Below, piece after piece: positions 34,859 to 43,024 of a DNA stretch of 43,024 nt. The notes below the pieces were generated by a model. The model was not told the DNA's origin. It made no database searches and saw only the letters and a program-made list of their open reading frames with translations. Both the position numbers and the translations under genes were made by a program. The number at the start of each line of letters is the position of its first letter. Within the stretch, counting starts at the first letter, position 1. The stretch is from an uncultured Candidatus Epulonipiscium sp. (lineage in GTDB: Bacteria > Bacillota > Clostridia > Lachnospirales > Cellulosilyticaceae): contig CAZLPH010000002.1 of assembly GCA_964561345.1 (NCBI GenBank), forward strand, positions 1 through 43,024. Direction: 5' to 3'.

Positions 34859-35544
34859 ATTACAAACACTCCTAACAATAAAACGCCGATAATACAACTA
34901 ATAAAAACCAATGCTAATATCCCAAAGCCGTCCCCAGCAGAATCACTACCACCTGTTACATTGGTTACGCCAATTCCAAGGGAAAGCATGAAGGGCACAG
35001 TAAGAGGCCCTGTAACCACGCCACCAGCGTCAAAAGATACTGGTCCAAACTGTGCAGGTGTGAATATTAGTAAGATAAAAGCAATGCTGTAGCAAACCAT
35101 TAATATTTTTACCAAGGAAATATTAAATATAATTCTTAAAAATGATATTACTAAGGAAATACCTACACCTAAAGCAACAACGATAATTAGGAAGTTTTTA
35201 GCAATTAATCCGTCAGAAGTACTTGCCACTTGGTTAGATAGAACTTGGACATTTGGCTCTGCAAGTGCAATGGCAAATCCTAGAACAAAAGCCCACAATA
35301 AGATGTGGCGCAGTTTCTTAAATTGAATAATTGAGCCACCTACTTCCTCCCCTACTTCTAGTAATGCCACATCGATTCCAATAGAAAAAAGGCTTAGGCC
35401 AATAATTACTAAGACTGTACCGGCGATAAAATTCATAAGAATATCAGCGGGGAAACCTACAATTGTAAAGTGAAGTATAAATATAATAACAGTCATAGGT
35501 AAGGTTGTGTACACAGAATCTAAAACGGTTTCTTTAACACTCAA
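34855..35544 (-). CDS. DUF1538-family membrane protein (paralog A)
   Basis: 229 aa with a TTG start 8 nt after GGAGGTG. Motifs are 'LAEPNVQVL', 'FDAGGVVTGPLTVPF' and 'DGFGILALV'. Confidence 0.85.
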   Translation of the reverse strand: MSVKETVLDSVYTTLPMTVIIFILHFTIVGFPADILMNFIAGTVLVIIGLSLFSIGIDVALLEVGEEVGGSIIQFKKLRHILLWAFVLGFAIALAEPNVQVLSNQVASTSDGLIAKNFLIIVVALGVGISLVISFLRIIFNISLVKILMVCYSIAFILLIFTPAQFGPVSFDAGGVVTGPLTVPFMLSLGIGVTNVTGGSDSAGDGFGILALVFISCIIGVLLLGVFVI

Positions 35545-35667
35545 TCATTTTTCACCTCCATATGTAAGTTGAAATTACTATATTAATAAGTTATAATATC
35601 ATCCTATCTTATCAACGATGGATAAAATAATCAAGTTATACATGTAAATCCCTACTTTATTCTAGTG

Positions 35668-35696
35668 TTTACATAGCGTGAGTATTGGAATATAAT
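35668..35696 (+). promoter_or_regulatory. Putative sigma-A promoter of lgt
   Basis: TTTACA-N17-TATAAT, ~40 nt upstream of the lgt ATG. Confidence 0.5.
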
Positions 35697-35734
35697 ATAA
35701 TAAGAACACTCATAAAGATGAAAAGAGGTAAGAA

Positions 35735-36586
35735 ATGCCAGAAGTTTATTTCCCGAATTTAAACATTGAAATTAGTAAATTAGACAGAGTTGCCTTTAGC
35801 TTATTTAACCTAGATGTCTATTGGTATGGTATTATTATTACTTTAGGAATATTAGGGGGATTGGGGTTAGCCCTTTACATTGCTAAGAAGACAGGGCAAG
35901 ACGGAGAATTGTACATGGATTTTTTAATGTATGCTGTCTTTTTTGCTTTTTTAGGCGCACGAACATACTATGTTATCTTTAGACTAGATTACTATATACA
36001 ACATCCCGCAGAAATTTTTAATCTAAGAGAGGGAGGGATAGCCATATATGGTGCCATAATTGCCTCTGTTCTCGTTGCTCATATTTTTACAAAAAAGAAA
36101 AAGATAAATTTTTGGCAGTTTGCAGATACAGCTATTTATGGTCTTATTATAGGACAAATAATAGGAAGATGGGGGAATTTTGTTAATAGGGAGGCCTTTG
36201 GTGACTTTACAAATTCTTTATTTGCTATGAGGATTATGAAAGACCAAGCAAATGGCCCTATGACTGAAAAAATCCTTGACAACATACAAACAGTGAGTGG
36301 TATAGCTTATATCCAGGTACATCCAACGTTTTTATATGAATCTTTATGGAATTTAGGTCTTCTTATTATACTGCTTATTTATTTAAAGCATAAACGCTTC
36401 GAAGGTGAGATTTTATTTTTATATTTCATAGGCTACGGAATTGGAAGGTTATGGATTGAAGGGTTACGTACAGACCCATTGCTGCTTGCTGTGCTTCAAA
36501 TTCCGGTGTCTCAAGTCGTTTCGGGAATTATTATTGTTGCAGGTATTGTCGGTGTTTATGCCGGGCGTAAACGTAGTAGCTTATAA
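35735..36586 (+). CDS. lgt: Prolipoprotein diacylglyceryl transferase
   Basis: 283 aa with 'YWYGIIITLGIL', 'GGIAIYGAII', 'GQIIGRWGNFVNREAFG' and 'HPTFLYESLWN'. Confidence 0.93.
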   Translation: MPEVYFPNLNIEISKLDRVAFSLFNLDVYWYGIIITLGILGGLGLALYIAKKTGQDGELYMDFLMYAVFFAFLGARTYYVIFRLDYYIQHPAEIFNLREGGIAIYGAIIASVLVAHIFTKKKKINFWQFADTAIYGLIIGQIIGRWGNFVNREAFGDFTNSLFAMRIMKDQANGPMTEKILDNIQTVSGIAYIQVHPTFLYESLWNLGLLIILLIYLKHKRFEGEILFLYFIGYGIGRLWIEGLRTDPLLLAVLQIPVSQVVSGIIIVAGIVGVYAGRKRSSL

Positions 36587-36613
36587 TGAAATTCTATTTA
36601 TTGGCAATTAATG

Positions 36614-36642
36614 TTGATTTATCCCAGTTGTGGTGGTATAAT
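36614..36642 (+). promoter_or_regulatory. Strong sigma-A-type promoter of the Spo0E-like ORF
   Basis: TTGATT-N17-TATAAT with an extended -10 (TGGTATAAT). Confidence 0.55.
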
Positions 36643-36693
36643 GATAAAACACAAAGAAATGAAATCTATTCACATGATAAAAGGGGATTGTAA

Positions 36694-36864
36694 ATGGAGG
36701 GATTAGAGATGACTCATATTATGGAAAATATTGAGATGTTACGGGAACGAATGAACCAAATGATCGACAATAGCACTGATAATATTGAGTTATACAAAAT
36801 TAGTACAGAATTGGATACTTGGATTACACAATACTATCAAGAGACGCAAAAAAAAATTAATTAG
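36694..36864 (+). CDS. Spo0E-family aspartyl-phosphate phosphatase-like small protein
   Basis: 56 aa, or 51 aa from the ATG at 36709: MEGLEMTHIMENIEMLRERMNQMIDNSTDNIELYKISTELDTWITQYYQETQKKIN. It is a helical hairpin with the Spo0E-like 'S.ELD..I' motif. An AAGGGG SD lies 7 nt upstream, and it has its own promoter and terminator. It falls below the ORF-track length cut-off. Confidence 0.65.
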   Translation: MEGLEMTHIMENIEMLRERMNQMIDNSTDNIELYKISTELDTWITQYYQETQKKIN

Positions 36865-36876
36865 ATAAATGCTTAA

Positions 36877-36910
36877 AGCGGGTGAGACCATAAATCTCAC
36901 TCGTTTTTTT
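36877..36910 (+). terminator. Terminator after the Spo0E-like ORF
   Basis: AGCGGGTGAGA-ccataaa-TCTCACTCGT followed by T7. Confidence 0.8.
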
Positions 36911-36931
36911 GTCTTTTATTTGTAATATACC

Positions 36932-36960
36932 TTGAAGTTTTACTGAAAACAGACTACAAT
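36932..36960 (+). promoter_or_regulatory. Putative dcw-cluster promoter (Pmra)
   Basis: TTGAAG-N17-TACAAT, ~60 nt upstream of the mraZ ATG. Confidence 0.5.
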
Positions 36961-36966
36961 TAGAAT

Positions 36967-37013
36967 AAGTGGTAGAGAGTGGTGGGAAGTGGGTTAATAA
37001 GGAACCGAGTGGG
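36967..37013 (+). promoter_or_regulatory. MraZ operator: phased AGTGG(G) direct repeats
   Basis: AGTGG occurs at 36968, 36978 and 36988, an exact 10-bp period, and again at 37008. The repeats lie between the putative -10 and the mraZ start. This matches the GTGGG/TGGGN direct-repeat operators described for MraZ. Confidence 0.55.
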
Positions 37014-37021
37014 AGGTAATT

Positions 37022-37450
37022 ATGTTTATTGGAGAATACAAACATACCGTAGACAATAAAAACAGAGTTATCATTCCTTCCAAATATAGAGAAGGCTTAG
37101 GTGAGGTCTTTATGCTCACCAAAGGTCTGGACAACTGTTTGTTCATATATCCCTATTCAGAATGGACTATTTTCGAACGTAAATTAAATAGTTTACCACT
37201 AACCAACCAAAATGCTAGAAGATTTACAAGATTCTTCCTGTCCGGTGCAGTTGAGTGCAGGATTGATAAACAGGGAAGGGTTTTACTCACACCATCTTTG
37301 AAGACTTATGCAGATGTTGAAAAAGAAGTCTATTTTATAGGCATGGGCGATCGAGTTGAAATATGGAGTGATGCCCAGTGGGACAAGTATAACGAAGATG
37401 ATTTCGATGCTAATGAACTTGCTGAGCAAATGGCTGAATTAGGGATATAG
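37022..37450 (+). CDS. mraZ: Transcriptional regulator MraZ
   Basis: 142 aa. '[23 protein letters not shown]' and the second SpoVT/AbrB-like repeat '[13 protein letters not shown]' are diagnostic. Confidence 0.95.
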   Translation: MFIGEYKHTVDNKNRVIIPSKYREGLGEVFMLTKGLDNCLFIYPYSEWTIFERKLNSLPLTNQNARRFTRFFLSGAVECRIDKQGRVLLTPSLKTYADVEKEVYFIGMGDRVEIWSDAQWDKYNEDDFDANELAEQMAELGI

Positions 37451-37466
37451 AATGGGGTGGATAGTA

Positions 37467-38402
37467 ATGGAATTTCATCATGTGTCAGTTTTGCTCCATG
37501 AGTGTATCCAAGGTTTAAATATCAAAGAAGACGGTATTTATGTCGATGGAACATTAGGCGGAGCTGGACATTCAAAAGAAATATGTACTCACTTAAGTGA
37601 GACAGGACAATTAATTGGTATAGATCAAGATATAAACGCAATTAATGCCTCGGGTAAAAAGTTAGCAGATGAAAAGTGCCAGGTCACTTTTGTTGAAAGT
37701 AATTTTTCTCATGTTAAAAAACAATTAGAAATTTTAGACATACCACAAATAGATGGAATGTTGCTGGATTTAGGGGTTTCGTCCCACCAGTTAGATGAGC
37801 CAAGCAGGGGGTTCTCATATATGCATGACGCCCCCCTTGATATGCGGATGGACCAGACGACTGATTTAACAGCTTATGATGTTGTTAACAAATACTCGGA
37901 AGAAGACCTAGATGAGCTTATAAAAAAGTATGGGGAAGAAAAGTGGTCAAAAAGAATTGTACGCTTTATTTGTGAGCATAGGCAGGACAAGCCAATAGAA
38001 ACGACCTATGAGCTAGTAGATATCATAAAAAAGGCAGTTCCTAAAGGGGCTAGGAGAGATGGACCGCATCCTGCAAAACGCACATTCCAAGCAATTCGCA
38101 TAGAGGTTAATAATGAACTGGGTATTATTAAAGATACCATTATGGATATTGTGGCCTTATTAAAGCCTGGTGGTAGATTATGTGTTATTACCTTCCACTC
38201 TTTAGAGGATAGAATTGTTAAGCAAACCTACAAGGAACTAGAAAATCCTTGTAACTGCCCTAGGGAATTTCCAGTGTGTGTTTGTAAGAAAGAAACCCAA
38301 ATAAAAATTATAACAAAAAAACCTATATTGCCAACAAACCAGGAGATAGAACAAAATCCTAGGTCTAGAAGTGCCAAGCTTAGAATTATAGAAAAAAGAT
38401 AA
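37467..38402 (+). CDS. rsmH: 16S rRNA (cytosine1402-N4)-methyltransferase
   Basis: The likely start is the ATG at 37467 ([11 protein letters not shown]). Signatures are '[12 protein letters not shown]', '[11 protein letters not shown]...RGFS', '[12 protein letters not shown]' and '[10 protein letters not shown]'. Confidence 0.93.
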   Translation: MEFHHVSVLLHECIQGLNIKEDGIYVDGTLGGAGHSKEICTHLSETGQLIGIDQDINAINASGKKLADEKCQVTFVESNFSHVKKQLEILDIPQIDGMLLDLGVSSHQLDEPSRGFSYMHDAPLDMRMDQTTDLTAYDVVNKYSEEDLDELIKKYGEEKWSKRIVRFICEHRQDKPIETTYELVDIIKKAVPKGARRDGPHPAKRTFQAIRIEVNNELGIIKDTIMDIVALLKPGGRLCVITFHSLEDRIVKQTYKELENPCNCPREFPVCVCKKETQIKIITKKPILPTNQEIEQNPRSRSAKLRIIEKR

Positions 38403-38418
38403 TTTAAGGGGGATGGGG

Positions 38419-38862
38419 ATGGCTAATAATTACTATAACACTAATAGGAATTATAACTATGGTAGCACAGCGCCAGATATATACACAGAGAGGCCTTTGC
38501 CAAAAATGCCTGACAAGGGAAAGCCGGGGAAATCAAGCCAAGAGCGCAAAGAAGAAAGAAAACAAAACTTTAAGCATAGCTTAAGCCGGGTGTTAAGTGT
38601 TTTAGCAATATTTGTAGCAAGTATTACATTTGTGTGGGGATGTGCTGTTGTATCTTATAAACAAGATAAGTTAAAACAAACAAAGAATGAAATTAGAGAT
38701 TTGAAAAGCCAAGTTAATACGACAAAAGCATTAATTGCATCTGCTACAAATTTAGATCATATTAAAGCTAGGGCAATAGAAGAACTTAATATGAGTGAAC
38801 CTCTAACTCATCAAATCATCCTTTTAGATATTGCAAAAACAAGCTATACTGTGACCGAGTAA
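38419..38862 (+). CDS. ftsL: Cell division protein FtsL
   Basis: A bitopic protein with a basic cytoplasmic tail, one TM segment (VLSVLAIFVASITFVWGCAVV) and a coiled-coil ectodomain. It holds the canonical position between rsmH and the PBP. The start is 38413 or 38419. Confidence 0.75.
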   Translation: MANNYYNTNRNYNYGSTAPDIYTERPLPKMPDKGKPGKSSQERKEERKQNFKHSLSRVLSVLAIFVASITFVWGCAVVSYKQDKLKQTKNEIRDLKSQVNTTKALIASATNLDHIKARAIEELNMSEPLTHQIILLDIAKTSYTVTE

Positions 38863-38896
38863 ATAGATAAAGAAAAGACATAGGTTGGTGAGTGAT

Positions 38897-41131
38897 ATGA
38901 AAAATAGAAAAGAGACCAGTGCAAGTCGTGCAAGAGCAAAAAGAAGAGAAAAGGATCAAACGATCAAAAAAGCTATGCGTAGAATTTTAGGCTTAGCTTT
39001 TTTGTTTGCATTAATAAGTGTTGGGCTTTTTGGAAGAGTGGCATATTTAAAAGTCGTTAAAGGAGACGAATATGAAAAGAAAGTGACCTTACGTGCGGCA
39101 GGGGGGGAATATGAAATTCAGCCACTTAGAGGGAATGTTGTAGATCGTAATGGCAAAAACCTAGTTGTTAGTAGTATTGCCTATGATGTTATACTAGATC
39201 CTTATGTTCTACTCCAGAGCAAGGAGAGTGAACAAGTAGAAACCTTAAAAAACCTCTCTGAGGAATTAGGTATTGCCATAAAAGAACTTGAAAATATTAT
39301 TGCTAAGTCACCAGAATCAAAATATGAAGTGATTCAAAAAGAAGTTTCTAGTGAAATTGGTAAAAAACTACAAGAAAGAAAACTTAAAGGCTTATGGCTA
39401 CAAGAAACCTTTGTAAGGGAGTATCCCAAAGAAACTCTAGCATCACAAACCATAGGGTTCTATAATAAAAATAAGCAAGGGCAATATGGCATAGAGCAGC
39501 AATATAATGATACCATGACGGGGACGACTGGAAGGGTATTCCCGAAATTGCAAGAAGGGAATATTGTAACAACAGAGAGTGTTGCGGCCATAGGGGGCCA
39601 TACTTTATCTGTCACAATTGATGAAATTATTCAACAGTATTTAGAAGAAGCTCTTGCCAAATCAGCGATAGAACTTAAATCTAAAAATGCAGCAGCCATT
39701 GCAATGAATCCGAATACGGGTGAGATTTTGGCTATGGGAAGCTACCCGACTTATAATCCTAATCGATACAATGATATCTCAGATCAAATAGGAATGGAAA
39801 TTTGGGAGGCATTAGATGATGAGGAAAAAGGTGAAAAATTAAACGGTGTTTGGAGGAATTATAATATACATACGACCTACGAACCAGGTTCTACCTTTAA
39901 ACCTATGCTTGTTGCTGCGGCCCTAGAAGAAGGTATTATTAGCCCAGATGAACGTTTTTATTGTCCGGGATATAAGGTGGTTGGCGATAAAAGGCCACGC
40001 TGTGCTAAGAGAAGTGGCCATGGGGACATTAATTTGGAAGAAGCAATCGCTGGTTCTTGTAACGTCGCAATGATGGACATTGCGGAAAAACTTGGGCGAG
40101 CTAAATTTATTCAGTACCAAAAAGATTTTGGACTTGGAGAGATAACAGGGGTGGATTTACCGGGAGAAGAAGCGGGAATACTCCATAGAGAAGAACAAAT
40201 GGGACCTGTAGAACTTGCAACAGCATCCTTTGGGCAATCATTTAATATGACACCTTTGCAGTTAATTAGTGCTTTTTCGGCTACAATAAATGGCGGAAAG
40301 CTCATGCGTCCTTATATTTTATCTCAAGTTATTGATGAGAATGGAAACATCATAGAAGAAAACAAACCTTTTTTAAGACGAAAGGTTATTTCGAAAGAAG
40401 TGTCAGACACCATTAGGATACAGTCAGAAAGTGTTGTAACAAGTGGAACGGGAAAAGCTGCGGCAATTCCGGGGTATAGAATAGGTGGCAAAACAGGGAC
40501 AGCTCAGAAACTGCCAAGAGAGGCCGGGGAATATATATACTCCTTTATAGGTTATGCCCCAGTAGATGACCCGCAAATTGTCCTTTTGGTGATTTATGAT
40601 GAGGCGCAAAGTTATGGGGAAGGTGTGGGGATCGGGGCAAGGGTGTTTAAAGAGATGATGGTTAAGACGCTCCCTTACCTAGGTATTCAACCTATTGACG
40701 CCATAGAGGGGGCATTTGATGAGACGGTTGCTATACCAGACTTTACGGGGCAAGATATTTATGACGTTTCCAAGACCTTGGAATCTTTAAAGCTAGATTA
40801 TGATGCCATAGGAATCGGTAAGGAGATTAAAGACCAGTATCCAAAAGCAGGTGCAATTATTCCCGTAGAATCCACGATTAAGTTATATTTTACCTCCAGT
40901 GAAGCAGAAAATTGTATTGTTATACCGGATTTTTATGGAAAAACACTCAAAGAGTCTCAAGGGGAAGCAGCTGAGCATGGGTTTATTATTGAAAGCCAAG
41001 GTGAGGGAGAGTTAGTTTTAGATCAGATTCCTAAAGCTAATATGAAAATAGAAAAGGGTAGTGTGATAAAAATAATTCTAACAGATGAAATTATAGAAGA
41101 GATAGACGATAGTGGAGAAATTATAGAATAA
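38897..41131 (+). CDS. Class B penicillin-binding protein (FtsI/PBP2B-like) with two C-terminal PASTA domains
   Basis: The likely start is the ATG at 38897 (MKNRKE..). It has an N-terminal TM segment and the transpeptidase motifs 'STFKP', 'SCN' and 'KTGTA'. Two PASTA-like repeats follow ('IPDFTGQDIYDVSK...', 'IPDFYGKTLKESQ...'). Confidence 0.9.
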   Translation: MKNRKETSASRARAKRREKDQTIKKAMRRILGLAFLFALISVGLFGRVAYLKVVKGDEYEKKVTLRAAGGEYEIQPLRGNVVDRNGKNLVVSSIAYDVILDPYVLLQSKESEQVETLKNLSEELGIAIKELENIIAKSPESKYEVIQKEVSSEIGKKLQERKLKGLWLQETFVREYPKETLASQTIGFYNKNKQGQYGIEQQYNDTMTGTTGRVFPKLQEGNIVTTESVAAIGGHTLSVTIDEIIQQYLEEALAKSAIELKSKNAAAIAMNPNTGEILAMGSYPTYNPNRYNDISDQIGMEIWEALDDEEKGEKLNGVWRNYNIHTTYEPGSTFKPMLVAAALEEGIISPDERFYCPGYKVVGDKRPRCAKRSGHGDINLEEAIAGSCNVAMMDIAEKLGRAKFIQYQKDFGLGEITGVDLPGEEAGILHREEQMGPVELATASFGQSFNMTPLQLISAFSATINGGKLMRPYILSQVIDENGNIIEENKPFLRRKVISKEVSDTIRIQSESVVTSGTGKAAAIPGYRIGGKTGTAQKLPREAGEYIYSFIGYAPVDDPQIVLLVIYDEAQSYGEGVGIGARVFKEMMVKTLPYLGIQPIDAIEGAFDETVAIPDFTGQDIYDVSKTLESLKLDYDAIGIGKEIKDQYPKAGAIIPVESTIKLYFTSSEAENCIVIPDFYGKTLKESQGEAAEHGFIIESQGEGELVLDQIPKANMKIEKGSVIKIILTDEIIEEIDDSGEIIE

Positions 41132-41137
41132 AATTGT

Positions 41138-41185
41138 CCCCTTTAAAATACAATGTGTTATAGGTGAGTTTTAAAGGGGGTTTTT
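41138..41185 (+). terminator. Terminator-like hairpin whose 3' arm contains the SD of the next PBP gene
   Basis: CCCCTTTAAAA(41138-41148)-N20-TTTTAAAGGGG(41169-41179), then G and T5. The GTG start follows at 41188. Confidence 0.55.
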
Positions 41186-41187
41186 GT

Positions 41188-43024
41188 GTGAAGAGCACGA
41201 GACGAATGATTCAAAAGAGGATGTTAATTTTGATCACAGTGTTTTTATTATTTTCAGTAACATTAATCATACGATTAGGCTATATTAAAATTGTAGATGG
41301 CACCTGGCTTCAAGAAGGGGCAGAAACACTCCATACAAGGGATCGCCTTATTTCTCCCATAAGGGGAACAATCTATGATAGAAACCAAGTAGCCCTTGCC
41401 CAAAGTGCTTCTGTTGCCACAATAGGCGTTGTTAATACCCAGGTTAAGGAGCCGGAGAAAGTTGCAAAGATCCTATCAGAAAAGCTAGCGTTAGACTATG
41501 AATGGGTTTATAAAAAAGTGAGTAACAAAGTTGCTTTGGAAAGAATTAAGTCTAAAGTGAGCAAAGAACTTGCCGATGAGTTAAGAGCAATGAATTTAGC
41601 AGGTGTAAAAGTAGACGAAGATACAAAAAGATACTATCCCTATAAGAATATGCTTTCCCATGTCATTGGATTTGTGGGGAAAGACAACCAAGGAATTATT
41701 GGCTTAGAGGTAAAGTATGAAGCGTATCTAAAGGGTAGCCAAGGAAAACTGTTAATGGAGACAGATGGCCATGGAAGAAGAAGGGAATCTCTTGCAGAGA
41801 GACGCATTAAGCCTGTTCCAGGTGATCATTTGGTCACAACATTAGATGTTAATATACAAGAATATGTAGAGCAAGCATTAGAAAAAATTGTTGAGGTAAA
41901 AGGTGCAAAAAGAGGTGCTATTATCCTAATGAATCCTCAAAATGGTGCTATCTATGCCATGGCGAATAAGCCGGATTTTAATCTTAATGAGCCATTTACA
42001 ATAAACGATGAGGCCATCTTAGAATCTTGGGACCAATATTCTACCAAGGAGCAAAATGAGCTATTAAATCAAATGTGGCGTAACTTCAGTATTAATGATA
42101 CATATGAACCAGGTTCTACTTTTAAGATTATTACATCAGCCATAGGAATAGAAGAGGGGGTTGTAACTGAGAATTCACCCTTTGTTTGTACGGGTTCAAG
42201 GGCTGTGGGTGGTAGAAATATTAAATGCTGGAGAAGTCCAAGAAGCCACGGTGCCCAAACCTTTGTAGAAGGCGTTCAAAATTCATGTAACCCAGTCTTT
42301 ATGGAAATTGCAGAACGAGTAGGGGCAGAAACATTTAGTGACTATATGGCCCAGTTTGGATTTAGTGAGAAAACAAACATAGACTTGCCAGGTGAGGCAG
42401 TAGGAATTATGCATAAAGTAAAGAACATAGGATCTGTAGAACTTGCAACTATTTCTTTTGGCCAGTCATTTCAAATAACCCCTATGCAGTTACTAAGAGG
42501 TGCATCAGCAGCTTTAAATGGGGGTTATTTGGTAACCCCTCATATAGGGGACTATATTATAGATGATGCAGGGAATACTGTGGAGGAATTTGATTATCCC
42601 CTAGGAAGGCAAGTTATAACAACAGATACATCTAACCGTTTGAAAGATATTTTACAAAGTGTTGTAGAAGTGGGAACAGGAGATAAAGCATACATTCCGG
42701 GATATCGTATTGGTGGGAAAACAGCAACGTCAGAGAAACTACCCCGTAGGACGGGTAAATATATTGCATCATTTTTAGCCTTTGCCCCAGCAGAGCATCC
42801 AACGGTGGTAGGAATTGTAATTGTGGATGAACCACAAGGGTCTTACTATGGCGGGGCAGTAACAGGACCTGTTATGAAAGAAGTTTTTGAAAATGTTCTT
42901 CCTTATTTAAACATAAAACCCATTTATAATGAAAAAGAATTAGAAATGAAAGAAATAGAACAAGTTAAGGTTCCTGATTTTCAAAAAATGACCACAGAGG
43001 AAGCAAAAAAGTATGCCAAAGAAT
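41188..43024 (+). CDS. spoVD: SpoVD-like class B penicillin-binding protein (partial; runs off the window)
   Basis: It is absent from the ORF track because it has a GTG start and no stop inside the window. The hand translation begins VKSTRRMIQKRMLILITVFLL.. and carries 'STFKII', 'SCNP' and 'KTATSE'. A PASTA-like start 'VPDFQKMTTEEAKKYAK' lies at the window edge. The spoVD name rests on its position after the first PBP, as in Bacillus. Confidence 0.85.
   Translation, partial: MKSTRRMIQKRMLILITVFLLFSVTLIIRLGYIKIVDGTWLQEGAETLHTRDRLISPIRGTIYDRNQVALAQSASVATIGVVNTQVKEPEKVAKILSEKLALDYEWVYKKVSNKVALERIKSKVSKELADELRAMNLAGVKVDEDTKRYYPYKNMLSHVIGFVGKDNQGIIGLEVKYEAYLKGSQGKLLMETDGHGRRRESLAERRIKPVPGDHLVTTLDVNIQEYVEQALEKIVEVKGAKRGAIILMNPQNGAIYAMANKPDFNLNEPFTINDEAILESWDQYSTKEQNELLNQMWRNFSINDTYEPGSTFKIITSAIGIEEGVVTENSPFVCTGSRAVGGRNIKCWRSPRSHGAQTFVEGVQNSCNPVFMEIAERVGAETFSDYMAQFGFSEKTNIDLPGEAVGIMHKVKNIGSVELATISFGQSFQITPMQLLRGASAALNGGYLVTPHIGDYIIDDAGNTVEEFDYPLGRQVITTDTSNRLKDILQSVVEVGTGDKAYIPGYRIGGKTATSEKLPRRTGKYIASFLAFAPAEHPTVVGIVIVDEPQGSYYGGAVTGPVMKEVFENVLPYLNIKPIYNEKELEMKEIEQVKVPDFQKMTTEEAKKYAKE

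Noticed and set aside
35545-35734. Possible riboswitch or leader upstream of the P-II/DUF1538 operon
   Set aside because: The minus-strand leader is short and AT-rich. I could see no conserved stem architecture or known riboswitch core. The region contains mainly the divergent lgt promoter.
36857-37045. 62-aa - strand ORF
   Set aside because: It covers the terminator, the dcw promoter and the MraZ operator on the opposite strand. It is better explained as regulatory DNA.

Overview
This is a core chromosomal segment of a low-GC, endospore-forming Firmicute that looks Clostridia-like. Nearly all of it is recognisable housekeeping or sporulation genes.

Gene order:
- efp, then the eight-gene spoIIIAA-AH operon.
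- A ~2 kb accessory insert.
- asp23-like, nusB, xseA, xseB, ispA, a DUF212 gene, dxs, tlyA, nadK, argR, recN, spoIVB, spo0A and a DHH phosphoesterase.
- A decayed zone holding a Crp/Fnr remnant.
- degV on the minus strand, a flavodiiron protein gene and tRNA-Val(GAC).
- A YesN/YesM-type two-component pair with an MglB-paralog sensor lipoprotein, followed by mglBAC.
- A minus-strand operon of a P-II-like gene and two DUF1538 genes.
- lgt, a small Spo0E-like ORF that the ORF track missed, and the start of the dcw cluster: mraZ, rsmH, ftsL, a PASTA-containing class B PBP and a partial SpoVD-like PBP.

I see no CRISPR array, transposase, phage genes or obvious defence genes.

What the gene models do not explain:
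1. A family of ~105-nt extended hairpin repeats. Their basal and upper stems differ in sequence but keep pairing, and all share a 16-nt ATAAC...AAAN loop. They bracket the accessory insert between spoIIIAH and asp23.
2. Two very long convergent terminator hairpins between mglC and the P-II gene. In the transcribed sense both carry the same 23-nt loop, and its core resembles the repeat family.
3. The tightly translationally coupled P-II-like plus 2x DUF1538 operon, an uncharacterised membrane system.

Smaller observations:
- An in-frame TAA splits the DUF218 gene.
- The DHH gene probably starts at an ATT codon.
- A deletion scar left a 5'-truncated Crp/Fnr gene.
- An FNR-type box lies upstream of the flavodiiron gene.
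- An MraZ operator array has a 10-bp period.
- A terminator-like hairpin occludes the SpoVD-like gene's Shine-Dalgarno (SD).

All functional calls rest on motif and family recognition by eye. No database searches were run.
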